A stretch of 64,000 nt of DNA from assembly GCA_964016885.1 (NCBI GenBank), contig OZ024742.1, positions 208,568,001-208,632,000 on the forward strand, written 5' to 3'. The first letter of the stretch is position 1; the number at the start of each line of letters is the position of its first letter. The DNA comes from Eledone cirrhosa. Taxonomy: Eukaryota. This document shows, piece by piece, positions 12,770-27,664 of the stretch. A program made the translations under genes and the position numbers. The notes below the pieces were generated by a model. That model was given only the letters and a program-made list of their open reading frames with translations. It searched no databases and had not been told where the DNA came from.

Positions 12770-15130
12770 GGGAAGTAGAAAGAGTACAACAAATCTGGGG
12801 AAGCTAAAAAGAAAAAGTGAGGCCGCTGACCAGAAAGATGGGGTATATGAGCCCATTAAAGAAATGTTGATTGGAAATGAAAAATAACTCAAAGTGAAGA
12901 AGAACGAAAAAAATATTTGAGACAAATAGAAACACGTTAATAAATACAGAGAAGACCAGTATTAATTGTATATATTATAGTTACATAATGGCAACATAAC
13001 CGATCTAAATACAAATGGAGCGGCCTTATTAGACTTCTAGTCTAGTAATGGACTCTCTGTTATATTCACTTTCCAGTACAGCTATAATCCATAAATATAT
13101 GTGATATCATGTACAGAGATAAATTATTAATTGTGTTATTATCTCTGATCTCTTCGATTCTGTGCTGGATGATCGTATGAAGAGAGTGGTTGAGATGTCA
13201 ACTGATCCCCATCTAGTTATCTGCAATATGAGATTACCCTAACGCCAGAGAAGCCCACAAAACTGATACGTCTAGGTCGACCTATAGAATAGAATGAGAA
13301 AAGTTGCTCTCGATATGGAAGTCAAGACTAGGTATGTAAATACAATTGCATCCAAATTCAGAGACTCCCTGAGCAAACAGAAGACGTCGAAACAGTGTGG
13401 AGATTGTTAGCTCAGCAGGTTTTGCTTCGGCTGTTAAATACTGCGGGCGAAACAGGTTTGATGTGCTACCGGATGGCAGGAGGAACTCTTGCTTCCACCA
13501 AGCGGTCAAATATGAGATCTGAGCAAAGGATTGGCTTGGAAATAAGTTAACCTACTCGGACTTGCGGTACAAGCAGGCAAAAAATGTCACAGTAGAGAGT
13601 AGATACGTCCAAAGATAAGACAATGGATGACATTGGGATTAAGATGGAATCCGGCTTCAGATCAAGAAATAAAGCGTTCTGGCAGACCATTTGCCAAATT
13701 CGTAATAAGATGTTCTACTCCGCACCTGACATCAGGAACGCGTCTGGGCTTCTCTGATCAGAGAGGTGCACCCTCGCGAGATGTAAATATTATCTGATCT
13801 CCTAAACATGATTACAACAGCATCTTATAATGTAGATGAGGTGAATATGGAAGCGATGACTAATCCCCCGATGGCTGAGGTCACAAGACCAATTAAAAAG
13901 CTCAAATGTGGCAAGACCGCTGGGGAGGATGAAATTCGGCCCGTGATGTTAAAGGCCTTACGTAGAGAAAGTATTCTCTGGCTGGTTCGTATATGCCGGG
14001 TGCCTGAATGTCTGGAAAGGCACTTAAGCAATGGCAATCATGAGTAATAAACCCAATTTATAAAAAGGGAAACAACAAAGTTTGCTCCAATTAAAGAGGA
14101 ATGTTCTTGTTAAACATCCCCGGTAAAGTCTATGCTAAGTGTCTGGCAAAGAGATGTCGGGAGATTGTCGAGTCCAAGCTAACTAATGACAACGTGGTTT
14201 TCGCTCCGGACGTTGAAAGCCGACCAAATATTCACACTGTGGAAAGTCTTTGAGAAGTGCATTCTTGCCGCGGAGACCCTAAATGGAAATAGGATCGCGT
14301 TACACGGGACCTGCTATGGAAAGTTCTGCAGAAATATGGGATCCTGGGACAGAGTCTTGTTGCCCTGAGTTCTCTTTATAAATACTCTAGTATTTGTGTT
14401 CGGATAGATGGTGCTGAATTGAAACCATTCAATGTGGAAGTCAGACTCTAAATCGAAGCCATTCAATGCGGTAGTCACCTCTCCTAATCACAATCATCAT
14501 GAACAGGATTGACATGCGCAGCCGGAATTGAATAAGTATTACGACTGGTGGGAATTTGCTGACGACAAGTTATTACTTAACTCGCCAGAAGGTGATCTCC
14601 GACATGAACTTGAAATGTTTGATACCTAGTGCTGCACGGCTAGAATAAAAGTCAGTTCTGCGAAGACTGAGACGCTCGTCCATTCACGGAAGTCTTCGCA
14701 GTGCACTCTACATGTGAGTTGAATTCCACTGAAGCAGGTAAAGAATTTCAAGTATCTCGGCACTGTGTCATGAATGATGGAAGGAAAGAGGCCGAATTAA
14801 GAGCAAGAATTGCAGGACCTGGTGCAGTAATGTACCAGCTTCCGCATTTGGTAATCAGGTGAAGGGGGATATGTGTAAACTAGCTTGCTTCAATTCGGTA
14901 TTTATGCCAACCCTTACCTATGATAATGATCGAAAAATAAGATTGTGAATACAAGCCACCGAAATGGGGTTCCTCCGAAGCGTATTTGGAGTAACATTAA
15001 TCGATAGAGTACGTAGCTCGGATATCAGATGGTTGCTTCACGTAGATCTGCTACTTCTCCGAAATGAGAGGTCGCAGCTCTGATAATATGGGCATGTGGT
15101 TAGAATGTCTCAGGAAAGATTCGCTGCAAA
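12770..15130 (+). pseudogene. Heavily decayed RTE LINE (APE endonuclease plus RT)
   Basis: Fragments NTNGAALLDF, STDPHLV, IKKLKCGKTAGEDEIRPVMLK, PIYKKG, PGKVYAKCL, DQIFTL, FKYLG, EMGFLR; many stops and frameshifts. Confidence 0.75.
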
Positions 15131-16310
15131 TAATTAACAAAAGGAACGAAGTGTTTAGTTCTTGTCTCCATAAATTCGGAAAGACTTTCCAGGCTATTTA
15201 CCATTTCCAAAAACATACGGACAAATAACACCTTGAATATATACATATTTGCCTAATTGAAGTACAAATATAAATATCTATATGTACGATGAGCATAACT
15301 ACATTGAATATATGTTATCCTATGCAATGATCAGGATAGTACAATATCTAATATATAACTTAATTGGACTTTAATTAAGATTCAAAGATTGGGTAAAAAC
15401 TCGTTTGGTGGGAGAAAAGATATTCTCTATAAGAAAAAAATTGGTATATCCCCCTATTTTGTTTATATTGTCCGTAAACCATTTCATATCTGCTTAAAAT
15501 ATATATATAAAATATAGATTAATATTAATAATTAATAGTACACAGACTATCATTACTCTTAAACTCTATACATTAGAATAATAAAGGATGGAAATAAATA
15601 TAATTATAATCCTTCAGTAAGGGAAATAAAGATTTTGTTGAGTAAACATAACCACGTGTAGATTAAAAAAAAATAAAAGAATATAAAAAATGGAATTTTG
15701 ACTTAATCTAGAAGATAAATAACTAAAATATATTATATATTGATGTGGATATACGCATAATTAATAGACAATAAAGATAAAGTGTTTAAATGTGCGTTAA
15801 AAAGGTACAGAGAATATATAACAATATCTCACCATATAATAAAACACTTTCATACCCTCGAAGGAAATAATTAAAGCATATAAATATTTAGGAATTCAAA
15901 TATTTGTTAGCCGTAGAAATTCATCTATGCTCAATAATCTAGATATATTATAAATTTATACATTAATTAAAGCTTAATCTAATGTAAGCACCATTCACTG
16001 ATACCTCCTAAGAATAATTTTTGAATTTCTGTCTAGTGTCTGAACACAACGGTTGTTTTTCTTTATCCTCTTCTTTTCTTCTTTCTTTTTTCTCTCTTTC
16101 ATTTTTTTCTTTTTTCTTTCTCTCTTCTCTTTCTCTCCGCAAATCCTTTTCAACTTCCCTTCTCTGTTTCTTTGTTTCTTTGTCTTTTTCTCTAAGTTAA
16201 CATATTATTTGTGGTATATATATATGTTGAGTGTTGAGGATGTAACTTACTGCCACTATAGGGATTGAGGGATCAAGACCATAGCGGTATGTCGAATAAC
16301 CAATCTCTTG

Positions 16311-16367
16311 TGTTTTATCTGATGAAAGCGTACTCAAAAACTACTGTACCCTTGAAATATATATAAT
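16311..16367 (+). ncRNA. Hammerhead ribozyme interrupted by a SINE
   Basis: CTGATGA 16319-16325, stem II aagcgtac/gtaccctt, GAAA, tatata-TA; the 3' strand of stem I is displaced by the SINE. Confidence 0.6.
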
Positions 16368-16548
16368 TGTTTCTACTTTTGGCACAAGGCCAGCAATTAC
16401 CGACTACATTGCTGGTACTTTATTTTATCGACCCCGTAAGGATGAAAGGTAAAGTTAACCTCGGCGGGATTTGAACTCAGTCCGTAAAGGGACGTAACTG
16501 TGCTGCAAAGCATGGCGACCGACCCTCTACCGATACTGCCAATCCACC
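16368..16548 (-). mobile_element. SINE family A with 20-bp TSD
   Basis: TSD acccttgaaatatatataat at 16348-16367 and 16549-16568. Confidence 0.9.
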
Positions 16549-16721
16549 ACCCTTGAAATATATATAATAACATATATACTTTGGTTTGGTTATGTGAAAG
16601 TATTTCTCATTTATTATTATTTTGAATATTAAGGATACACCAGAAAAATTCTTGTCGACTGCTTCTAATCTGTTGTAAAAATGAATTCGTTGAAAAATCA
16701 ACGAACCATATACACTTTTGG

Positions 16722-16791
<70 letters not shown>

Positions 16792-16800
16792 GTGTGTGTG

Positions 16801-16839
<39 letters not shown>

Positions 16840-17013
16840 AGGTTTGGGAACCCGACGGTTGAGCTCCGGTTGTTTCGAGAGCTAAATCCGAATTCTGTAT
16901 ACAGTACTCTGGTGAGTTATGGTCTACCTGGTTTTTACCACGCCCTATCTGATCTATATATATATATATAAGAATAAGATTAAGAAAGATGCTGACGTTA
17001 CATAAATCGTTTA

Positions 17014-17103
17014 TTCATAATACTTATTTCAACGGTTCTGTCATTCAATCCAAGATGTAATCCATGCATTTGTTGTTGTTATGAGAACGTATCCTCAGAT
17101 GAA
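17014..17103 (-). ncRNA. Type-I hammerhead ribozyme with long stem-loop II
   Basis: Minus strand: ttcat-CTGAGGA-t acgttct...agaaccgt t-GAAA-taagta-TT-atgaa; stem I ttcat/atgaa. Confidence 0.55.
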
Positions 17104-17974
17104 AAAACACTTTGTGATATGCCGCAGGCAGAAAACCACGCCCTTCTATATATAGAGAGAGAAATGTAACTATGTGTGTGTGTTTGTGTGTGTGTTATAT
17201 CTGTCTAATTAAATATAATTTATATATATTTTAACAAACCTACTCTAATAACAAAGATTCTGTTTTGTATATTTGTTTCAAAGAGTGACAAAAATCAAAA
17301 TAAGTTCAAAATCTTTATACTAGACAAAAAATAAATAACGCCTTTTTATACTTAAATTTCTTTCATGAGTAATATAACTTTGAATCAATAAAACTGACAG
17401 TTAATTTCAAATATTTAATAAGATTTATTTTCTCTAGTTGTTATGGTAGGAGACCCTATGTCGCATAAGTATGTTAACGACAGTGGCAATCGCAAAAGCT
17501 TTGTCATCCATCGAAATACCACCCATATTTAAAACACATAAATCTAATATATTTATCAGGATACATTGAATTATTTAGAGTGTGACTTCTTACGTGGAAT
17601 GTCCTGGCTTTTGTTTGCTTCCGTTGATTCATCTCTAGTCTAACTCGATCGAACAAACATACAATCAAATTTGTTCTAGTCAATACAATCCAAGATGCTT
17701 TTTTATAGCAAGGACTGCATTTCCATTGTATCCTTTATTTAAGATGATAAAGCATGGCATGAAAGACGTTACTAGCCGATCGAGAGACCGAGTGATGTAT
17801 GGTCGGATAGCTCATATATCTTTCTTATAAATGTTTTCCCATATTGGAATAAATATTTCCCATTTTTCGGAATTTGTCGTTTCATATAATTGAATTCGAT
17901 ACACTTTTGATCAAAAATGAAATTTTATTATTTTCGTTGTTTAACCCGCTATTTTTCAGACATTATATATCAAG

Positions 17975-18160
17975 ACGGTGGTTTGGCAGTATCGGTAGAG
18001 GGTCGGACGCCATGCTTTGCAGCAAAGAGTTACCGCCTTTTATTGACTGAGTTCAAATCCCGCCGAGGTTAACTTTGCCTTTCATCCTTACGGGATCGGT
18101 AAAATAAAGTACCACTAATACACTGGGATAATTGCTGGCCTTGTGCCAAAAGTAGAAACA
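17975..18160 (+). mobile_element. SINE family A with 13-bp TSD
   Basis: TSD attatatatcaag at 17962-17974 and 18161-18173; A-box-like tggcagtatcgg and B-box gagttcaaatccc. Confidence 0.9.
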
Positions 18161-18588
18161 ATTATATATCAAGGATATCATTTTGCAATATGTCCTTCTT
18201 ATTTTGATTTCCTGTGCGATTTAATCGAGTTTTACGTCTAAGCACAACAAGTCATGTTTCTGAAAATCTAGGTAGTAAAATGTTATTATTTTCTTGTTAT
18301 ATGAAAATTCTATACCTATATGAAATTTTTGAAACCACGTGAGTTAAGAGAAAAATAGATAGCGTATGTGTAATAAGCCGCAAAATGTTGTTTATTACAT
18401 ATGTAATTTCACATTATTATAAGTAAACATTAGGTATATTTAAATGAGTAGTCTTCCATAGAGTTAGTTCATTGCAAGAGAAATCTTACTTTATGCGTTT
18501 AAAGTTATTTTTCTTACTCTAAATTTACAGGATATACGCCATTAAAATGTCAATGATTAATACGTATAAGCATATAAGTCTAGAATGA

Positions 18589-18700
18589 AAGCGTGTGGCT
18601 TACTGGTTGGGGAATCCGACTCACAATCGAAAGATTGTGAGTCCGATTCCTAGACCGGGTGATGTGTTATTGAACAAAACACTATATTTCACGTTGCACC
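18589..18700 (+). mobile_element. tRNA-derived SINE (family B), decayed
   Basis: gtggcttactggtt..gagtccgattcct..aaaacactatatttcacgttgc; homologous to 47810-48029. Confidence 0.6.
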
Positions 18701-20002
18701 TTCAAACAGATGTGACCGGGTCGGGAGACAGCATCAGCAACTGGAAAGAATAGAGATATTGTTTCCTTTGCCCGATGTGACGGTAAGTGAATGAGGTCTG
18801 GGATCTTGTCGATCTTTAAACAAATTATATACCTGTAAATACTAGAATTTTTTTTTTTTTTTTTTTTCGATTAACTTTAGAGATTTATTACTGGAATGAA
18901 CTAACTGTTTCCTATATTGTTGAAATATAAACCGAAACCTGGTCTACTTTCTCCGTTTATTTTTATTTTTATCAAAAACTGTGGATAGGAAAAACTCATA
19001 AAACAACGCTCAATAAACTTGCATTAGTTGAATTACACATATACTTTTATTGGACTGGAGTCATGCTCGGGAACCATGTTCTATGAACCCTTTAAATAAG
19101 AATGTTAAAATGGGGATTAATATCCTAAATATTTGTGACATTCTTTTTCACATTTTCAAAGTAGCTTATAATCTTGTATGCATTACGTGTTCTATATACT
19201 AAATGTGTCACGAATTTTAGTATCCGAATTTAATTAAATGAGCGAGATAAATAATATGAACAGTAGAGGGTTAATTTGAAATTAAGTTAAAGTAAGCCCC
19301 AAGAATAGGAAGGCATATGAAAGAGATTTCAGATTACGTGGAGGCAATTTGAAATAAATGGTTATATGATGTCCTTATCCTGACGAGTAGAATTAAAGAT
19401 AGAGACCAACTTTGGAAGTTTTCATGAATATAATTTGATTCACAATGCTCGGGTCGACCTGAGATTGTGGTGCATGGCACCTGCGCAAGATACCACGCTG
19501 TGAGATCAAAAGTCGACATTGTGAATGTGAAATAATCATTTAATCATTTGGTATGTATACATGCACCAATACATATACAGCCAATTATCCATGCATATAC
19601 ATTGATGCATACATACCTACATATAAAAATGTAGAATGGTGAATTGACAGACATTAGATAAATATACACATTTAGATACGTAGCAAAGAAGGGAAAACAT
19701 TAACAAATGAAAACAAAGAAGCTGTTTGAAAGTTCTACTTAACAGAACTGGGAGACGTTTAGTAAAAGCCAAAGAGTAATATATTTTTTAATAAGGAAAG
19801 TGTAATATACAGAAAAAATACAGGAAAAGTATGGCTATGCATTACAGAAAGGTTTTCAAGAAAGATTTTCAAGAAAGATTTTCAGGAAAGATTTTGAAGA
19901 AAGATTTTCAAGAATAAAAATGGAAATAGTTTGTAGTAGTAATAGCTCACGTAAGAGAGAGAGAGAGAGAGAGTGAGATAGAGAGAGAGATAGGGTAAGA
20001 GA

Positions 20003-20071
<69 letters not shown>

Positions 20072-20381
20072 TCCCAGAAAGGTTTTAAAAAAATGTTTTC
20101 AATATTTTTTCAGTATTTTTCAATATTTTTTAATAGATTCTGGCTAAATGTATCTTTCAACATCTATACTTATTTTGACTAAATTGTCTCACACTAAGAA
20201 TAAATAAATTAAAAAGGAATTTTTCTGTATCTTCCCATTTTCAAACATATAAATATAAATATTCTTATTAACTCAGTTAATTTAATTTAATTTAACTTAA
20301 TATTTATTTACATTAAATACAAAACCAATATCCCTCATAACTCATTAGAACAATTATCTATAACATAATATACCCATCTAT

Positions 20382-20412
<31 letters not shown>

Positions 20413-20798
20413 TGTATTTATTTATTTATCTACTTATAACAGAAAATATATTATAAACGCATTTTAAACAACTAATAATCGTAAATACACGTACTATTAA
20501 GATATATACTTAGAATATATTACACCCAAATTAACGTTATATGAGTTTTATTCATCTTCTCTTGTTTCTTTCTTCTCGCTCTCTCGTACTATTTTTTATC
20601 CTTCTCCTCTTATCTTTTCTCTCTCTCTCTCCATAGTCGTTTAAATAAACGGTTGTTTTTTAATTATTTACATTTTTGGCATATTCACATATAAATTTGA
20701 AAAATCCCTAATAATATATTTCCACTATCCAGTGAATTTCCAACCGATGATTTTCACGGATTTTCACGGGTATGACTCTATTTATAAAACAAACTTTG

Positions 20799-20862
20799 TA
20801 TTTTATCTGATGAAAGCGTAAGAATGTTGTCTTGGTACCCTTGAAATATATATAATAAAATA
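20799..20862 (+). ncRNA. Minimal type-I hammerhead ribozyme
   Basis: Stem I tattttat/ataaaata (8 bp), CTGATGA 20807-20813, stem II aagcgta/taccctt (1 mismatch), GAAA 20843-20846, palindromic tatata stem III, AUA triplet. Confidence 0.7.
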
Positions 20863-20995
20863 AATATGGTTTTATAAATATAGTTTCCATTTATTTAATA
20901 TCATTGAATATTTACTCCAGTAACCGTTGAGTGCTCTAAATCAGTTATAAACATTTATATTTGTCGGACTTCCAACAAATTAAATACCCCTTCTA

Positions 20996-21095
<100 letters not shown>

Positions 21096-21109
21096 ATTAT
21101 ATATATATA

Positions 21110-21211
21110 TAACGAAGGAAGTGTGGTAAGGAACCAAGCGGACCATAACGCAGTCCAGAAATAGCCGTCGACACGGCTTGAGTTCTGCCGTCGTGATCCT
21201 GAACCTTTTCC
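21110..21211 (-). repeat. Short dispersed element between (TA)n tracts (family of 56226-56434)
   Basis: Reverse complement shares tcaagccgt.tcgacggcta.ttctggac and gcgttatggtcc..ggttccttaccaca.ttccttcgtt with 56257-56434. Confidence 0.7.
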
Positions 21212-22095
21212 TATATATATATATATATGTATGCATGTATGTAGGTATGTATGTATGTGCACGAATGGATCAATGGATGGATCTGCAGGCAATGAACGTA
21301 TGTATTTGCAAGAATGTTATTGGGAATCTATGTGCTGACTTGAGTATGTTTGTACACGTATGCATATGTAGTATGGCTATGACTGTATGTATAAGCTTAT
21401 TACAGTCTAAAATATTAGATTATTTACGCTATTGTATTGGTCTGTTGATGAATTGTATTTACAATTTTCTGATTATCCTTACTCTTTATGCGTTTGAATC
21501 AGTTATGTAACAAGCGTATAAGAGCATACATGTGTATTGTTATTTAAACATATATAAAGTAAGCACGTATATTTAGAAAACAGCGAGCGAAATATGAAAA
21601 TTGAATTAAAAGATCTCGCCGTGACATTGACTGAATTAAATAGTCTGATAATAATGGGGCGTATAAACCCACTGAAAGGAAAAGGATGCCCATCTTCTTC
21701 CGTTCAGAGGGCTTATGAGCCCCTTTATAATTAGAATATTTTATTTCAAGTTACGGCGAGATCTTCTAATTCAATTTTAAATATATATAAAGTTGAGTCA
21801 GTCAAGTAATTAAGATTGTAAGGAATATACTTACTAGCATAAATGTACATACATAGTTATGTAAACGTCACTGCTATGTTTTTAAACATAGCTATATTTT
21901 TAAACATCATTGTTTCCCTTCGTAACAATTCTAAAATTGTGTTTTCTTTTCATTTACTTTAACCCTTTTCCACCTTAGTTATACATTTTTCCAAATTTCG
22001 GAAATGTTAGATTTTTTACATATGTAATATAATTTATAAGGAAATTAAATTGCCATAAATGTGTGCATGTATGTGTGTGTATGTTTGTGTGCATA

Positions 22096-22126
<31 letters not shown>

Positions 22127-22934
22127 GTGTGTGTGATTATATATGTGTGCATGTATATGTGTCCATGTGCGGTTGAGTGCATGCGTTTGTGTATACATCC
22201 TATTTCATAAATAACCCCTGTTATTGAATGACTGCCCATTGAGTTATGTGCTGTTAATAAGTATATCTTATTTTCCTTAAATCAGAAAGCCGACTCAGAC
22301 ATATTCATTATTTCACTCTTTCCAGCCATTCTCCCGTAAAGCGTGAATAACTTCGGGAGGAATGGATTTAATTGTACTTTTTTGGTGTACAACAAGTGCA
22401 TCTTGGTGCCAGTTTTAGTAGATGGAGTTGGTTATTTAGTTCTGCCTAGCGTTACCATTCATTAATCGTGTTGGCATTTAGTTTAGTGATGTCTTATTGC
22501 TGACGCAAATATCTAATACCCTGCATGAATCAGACGTATGGTAACATCTCTTATTATACATATCTTGCACCATTTCTAGGTTTTTCGACTTTCTCTTAAC
22601 ATTGAAGGGCATGTTAATAGAAAACATATATACTAAATATATACGTCATCTTTTGGCTGCCTAAATATAAATGCAAATGTTTAAAGAATGACAATGTTGA
22701 TGTAGAATAGTTTTATTCCTCAATGCTATGCATATTAAAAACGGAAGGACTATATTGCTTTGCACTATCCTAAGATTTTCGGAAATATATAGAATGTTAA
22801 TCAAATAGCAAATATTTTTTTAATTTTACATAGTATTCTGTTTTCGCTTGAATCACTAAGTTAATAGTTTCCATCTTATTGATATTAGTTTCGGATTATT
22901 TTTTTCATTTTTATCAAGGATGTGAAATCAGTAA

Positions 22935-24720
22935 AGAAAATAGTTCCTGGAATGTCGCGCTCTTTAACATTAGTGGGCGACGGGAACGGGATCTTAGATG
23001 CACGCTAGGACTGTGTGGGACTAGCGGATAGGAGAGGAGGGTGTAAAAAGTCGCAAACCTGCTCAGTCGTTTCCAACTATCTTAGAAGTACCATCAGGAT
23101 TTCCCAAATCTGCCAATGTGGACATGGACAAACCGCATCGTGTCAGATGATAACTAGATAGGATATTTTGTCGGGATATATCATAGGTTGTCCACAATTC
23201 AAGATATTCGACTACAAAGACCACAAATGTTGATCTGCGTTATTGATTTCGATAGATGTCGTAAACAGGAACCTGGATACATGGAGCTGAATGCTTCGCT
23301 CCCGGCATGCATACCCTACAGAGACCGTATTAGTGAATTAGTTCAGTGGGATTAGACGGGAGTCAAACAACAAATGGTGGTTCGCTCCGAAAAGCGTGAT
23401 CAAAGTTGAATCAGTTAGGTTTAGCAAGGCTATAGTGATAGAAATCAATACACAAGAGCAAGAACAAGTTAGAAAACTAGAGGAGGCGCTTAAAAATGTA
23501 TCGTGACAGAGGTACAAGAGGTGAGCTTGGCCCTCGACCAATTCTTCAACGTTAAGCACGAAGGCTGCGTTGTCAGAGCTAGGGCGCGTGCAATAAGATA
23601 CGAGGGGACTAAAGCCGGTCAATGGACCCGGGTGGCGGAGGTGAGGTGTGGCAACAAAGCCACAATCCGGTCTTTGGCGCACCACGAAGGGTCCATGTTA
23701 GTCGTACCTGAGTAGATATGTGCGGCCTTTCAGCAGCATTTCACTTAAATTTTCGAGAGCAGTGGCGAGAGATCGGAAGCAGAATGGGGGAATTTCATGT
23801 TCACAGCCCTCAGCCAATCGGGCACTACGATCGCCTTAAACTCCACATTAGCGTTCTGTAGAGGGTTATTGGAGGTCTTCGGGAAGATTCTAGGGGTTGA
23901 CGAAAATAAAGTAGCCACTCTTTTCCAGAGGACATTCTGTCCAGGGTCTATGGACAACTTCCATAAATCCCTGGCCAGGAAGTGCTACCGAGGAGATTTT
24001 CCATTTCGAAATAAACTCTACAGGCATGGAAGTGCCTGTCCAAAGTGCCTGTCCGAGGTGCGAACATAGCAATGACACAATCTTGCATGCACTCATCGAG
24101 CGTCCGAGTATTACTGAGCTGTGGGTTTATGTCGATCCCCTGCTGTCCCGTGCAGAATGCATCCGATTATCAACTGGGTCCATTGGGAAGTTTGCCCCGT
24201 CATTTTCTATCAGAGGAGAAAGACAGACAGTTTTTATCCGCCTGGTGCCCATTGAGAAAGAAGGTGTGCGGGGAACGCGTTAGAAATGGTTGAAGACAGC
24301 CACTTATCCCTTCGGGGAAGCCCGATTAACATTTTCAGGTTTCACTTGAAGAGGAAAATCAGAGTGGTGAGGGAAGTGCTACCTCCCAAACATTTTGTTG
24401 AAAGGTGGGTGAGAGCGGTGAACATAGTCCATCTGAATGGGCCTGCCTTGAACATAGGTTACAGGCCTATCGAAGAGAAACAACTGAGAGATGGTACTTT
24501 ACCCTAGCACTCAGGGTGTTCATGGCTTTTGTGGGATTTCTCCACGAGTGACCTTTGGTGTCACCTCACCATTACGTAAGTTGTTATGTTTGTTTTTAAA
24601 CGTTTATTTTCTTAATCTCTGTATTAACTTTTATTTCATACAAAATACCCACACAGTAATGTCATGTACCGTCTTTAAAGTGAGCCCTATGTAGCAAATA
24701 AAGAAATTATTATTATTATC
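22935..24720 (+). pseudogene. Internally deleted L1/Tx1-like LINE (APE C-terminus joined to ORF2 C-terminus and 3' tail)
   Basis: YHQDFPNLPMWTWTN, LALDQFFNVKHEGCVVRARAR, ACPRC...HAL, FRFHLKRKIRV; ends aataaagaa(att)n; RT core missing at ~23800. Confidence 0.8.
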
Positions 24721-25255
24721 GTAGCGCAGTTAATGAGATAGGTTCACCGATTCTTGTATTTGATTCATAGACCACTGTAGCATGAAATATAATCCAAACG
24801 GTATTTAAATTCAGAAACGAGACAGTGCAAAAAGAAAGAAAAGAATTAAAGATTATTTCTATATTTGTGGCCATGCTGCATTTTTTGCGCGTTCATGAAT
24901 TTTCGTGGGAGAGGTAGAGATATTTTTAAAATATGCTCTAGATGCGTGCATTTTGTGGATAATATATTTTAAATTACCTTTATATATAAATATGATTTCT
25001 CACGAATGAGATGGAGTAATAGATGTACAGAGAGGGGGAAAAGGACGAGTTAGATAGACTGAAAATGTAAAGAGAGGGGGAAAGTGTGACACGCATTTAT
25101 CTGTCTGTCTCTCTTTATGTTTGCCCCTTCCTTATATCGTAGTCTCTCACCGCTCCTCCGCAAAGCCGATCAAGCTTTTCTATATTAAACATTTATACTC
25201 TGCTTTGTGTTGAGTACCTTACTTACTGTGTTTACCCCGATTGGACCCGGGATAA

Positions 25256-25314
<59 letters not shown>

Positions 25315-25389
25315 AATAGAATGAAACGAAATTTCATTTCTCACTCTTATTACGGCACTTACTTAAATGTAAGTATGTATGCGTACATA

Positions 25390-25481
<92 letters not shown>

Positions 25482-26483
25482 ATTTGACAGAGAATTTAAT
25501 ACTCGTTTTAAGCCGGTCAAGCAACTCCGTTAAGGCTTGTTTAATAGCTCGCTGACGACTCAGCTTAACACAATGGTACGTCTTTTTCTGTTCTTTAGTC
25601 ACTCATCTAACTTATATCGCTCAGCAACTCTGAATAAAAGTTGTCGATATTTTCTCCAATTTCTAAATATCAACGTTGAAAACAAATTCCAATGCCACAT
25701 CATTTCCTATATGACAACTCAATTCCCTCTGAATAAGAATTTTTCAGAGATAACAGTTAACAGCAGAGTGGTTCATTGTAGTTCTTATTTGTCCATATCC
25801 TTTCGAATATTCACTCATGTTAAAATATTTAATTAGCATTCTACTTCATATAATCCATTCAGGTTGAAGCTTTTTATACATATACCGAGGTATCATTACT
25901 TTTTTCTTTTATATGTTAGACATTGCATGATATATGCTGACAGACATATGCGTTTAAGGGCTACCGACTGAGGGAATTCAATCTACATACAAATTATGCT
26001 ATCGTTATTGCATGATGTTTACGATGGGAATTCTGGTGTCAAAGCGACGCCAGTAACTCTTAATAGAAATCATATACGCATCAAAAGTATGTTATATCTG
26101 ACGTATCCACGCGTATATCTGTTTGTCGATGTACGAGAGAGTGTGTGTAAGTGTAAATGTAAGTGTACATGTAAGTGCAAATGTATGTTTTAGTGTTGGG
26201 AATCATAAGCACAAAAAATAAATAACGAATTACAGAGCCTATACTTACTTGTCTGTGTACGCGTGGGAGTCCATTCTTGTGTTTGCATGCAACTGCATAT
26301 TTGTTTAAGAGGGGTCTATTCGTGAATATCAATGTATGTATATATGTACGCGTTTTTTATGGGTGTGTATTGATGGTTTTGTAATTACACGCAAAGTATT
26401 AGGGGGAAGCAGATCACAAAGTCTGTGAGTGCATTCTTGTGTGAGTGTGTGTGTGTGTGTGTGAGAGAGAAAGAGAGGGAGTA

Positions 26484-26529
<46 letters not shown>

Positions 26530-27008
26530 TGAGAGAGAGATAAAGAGAGAGAAAGAGAGAGAGAGCGCGTATGTTTGAAATCAAACGCAAAAATATAGAG
26601 AAGCAGATCAGAGATTCTAACTTACAAGTTTGGGGTGTCTAGCTAAAAACTTAAACCAATTAGACTACGTTGACATTCTCTAATGGGTTCGTAAGAGATG
26701 ATTGACAGATATCAAGAAAGACGAAACTGTAAAAAGCTTCAAAAACTAACAGTTTATATTCATGCATTATTTGTTCTCTCTTTTTTTTTCTGTCAACAGC
26801 ATGCATGTTACGCCAGTCCAGTTGGAGGAAAATTTGGATCAGACACAAAAGTGAACATGTCTAAAAATATTTATTCAAGCTCGTCTCTGTCTCCATATTT
26901 CGATTGTACTCTTTTATTAATAGACTCCTATAAAAAGTCGGGTTATTAAGATTATTTTACATACATTAGCCCTGTCAGAGTTCTTCATTTACATGTCAAA
27001 ACAAATTC

Positions 27009-27115
<107 letters not shown>

Positions 27116-27630
27116 TGTGTGGGTGTGTGTGTGTGTGTGTGTGTGTGTGTCTGTGTGTATCGTATTAAAATGATAAAACTGAAATATGGAGTGAATGCGG
27201 TGAGCTTAAATAAATGTTTTCGGACATGTTCATTATATATATATGTATATAGCAGCAGCATTTAGCTGTCCACTCCGTTTTTTTGGCAGAACGGAATCCC
27301 TGTTGATGAAATGAATCCTCTGTTCGATCATGGAATACCACGAGCGTGCCTGTTACGTAAGTTGGATATTTGATTTCGGATTCATAGAAACACTTTAAAT
27401 GTTTATCGTTCGATTTGTCCAGGTGTATCTTTTTAACCTGTTAGTGTTTTCGTTACTTTGGTATTGTGTGTTAGGTTTTGCTTACCACAATGTTAAATTT
27501 CTCAAGCTATTTAAACGTATTTTATTACTCTAAGGACCTATCCTTATTGAGTGCTTTGCTAACACATTCATATTGTAGGTCGATCTTGCTTGCCCACGGC
27601 CAAAGCTTCGATTTGACTAAGCTTCCACTT

Positions 27631-27661
<31 letters not shown>

Positions 27662-27664
<3 letters not shown>

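Noticed and set aside
17975-18070. tRNA gene
   Set aside because: A/B boxes belong to a SINE head with body, tail and TSD; no intact cloverleaf
19851-19912. 13-bp tandem (gattttcaagaaa) x ~5
   Set aside because: Ordinary minisatellite with no further structure
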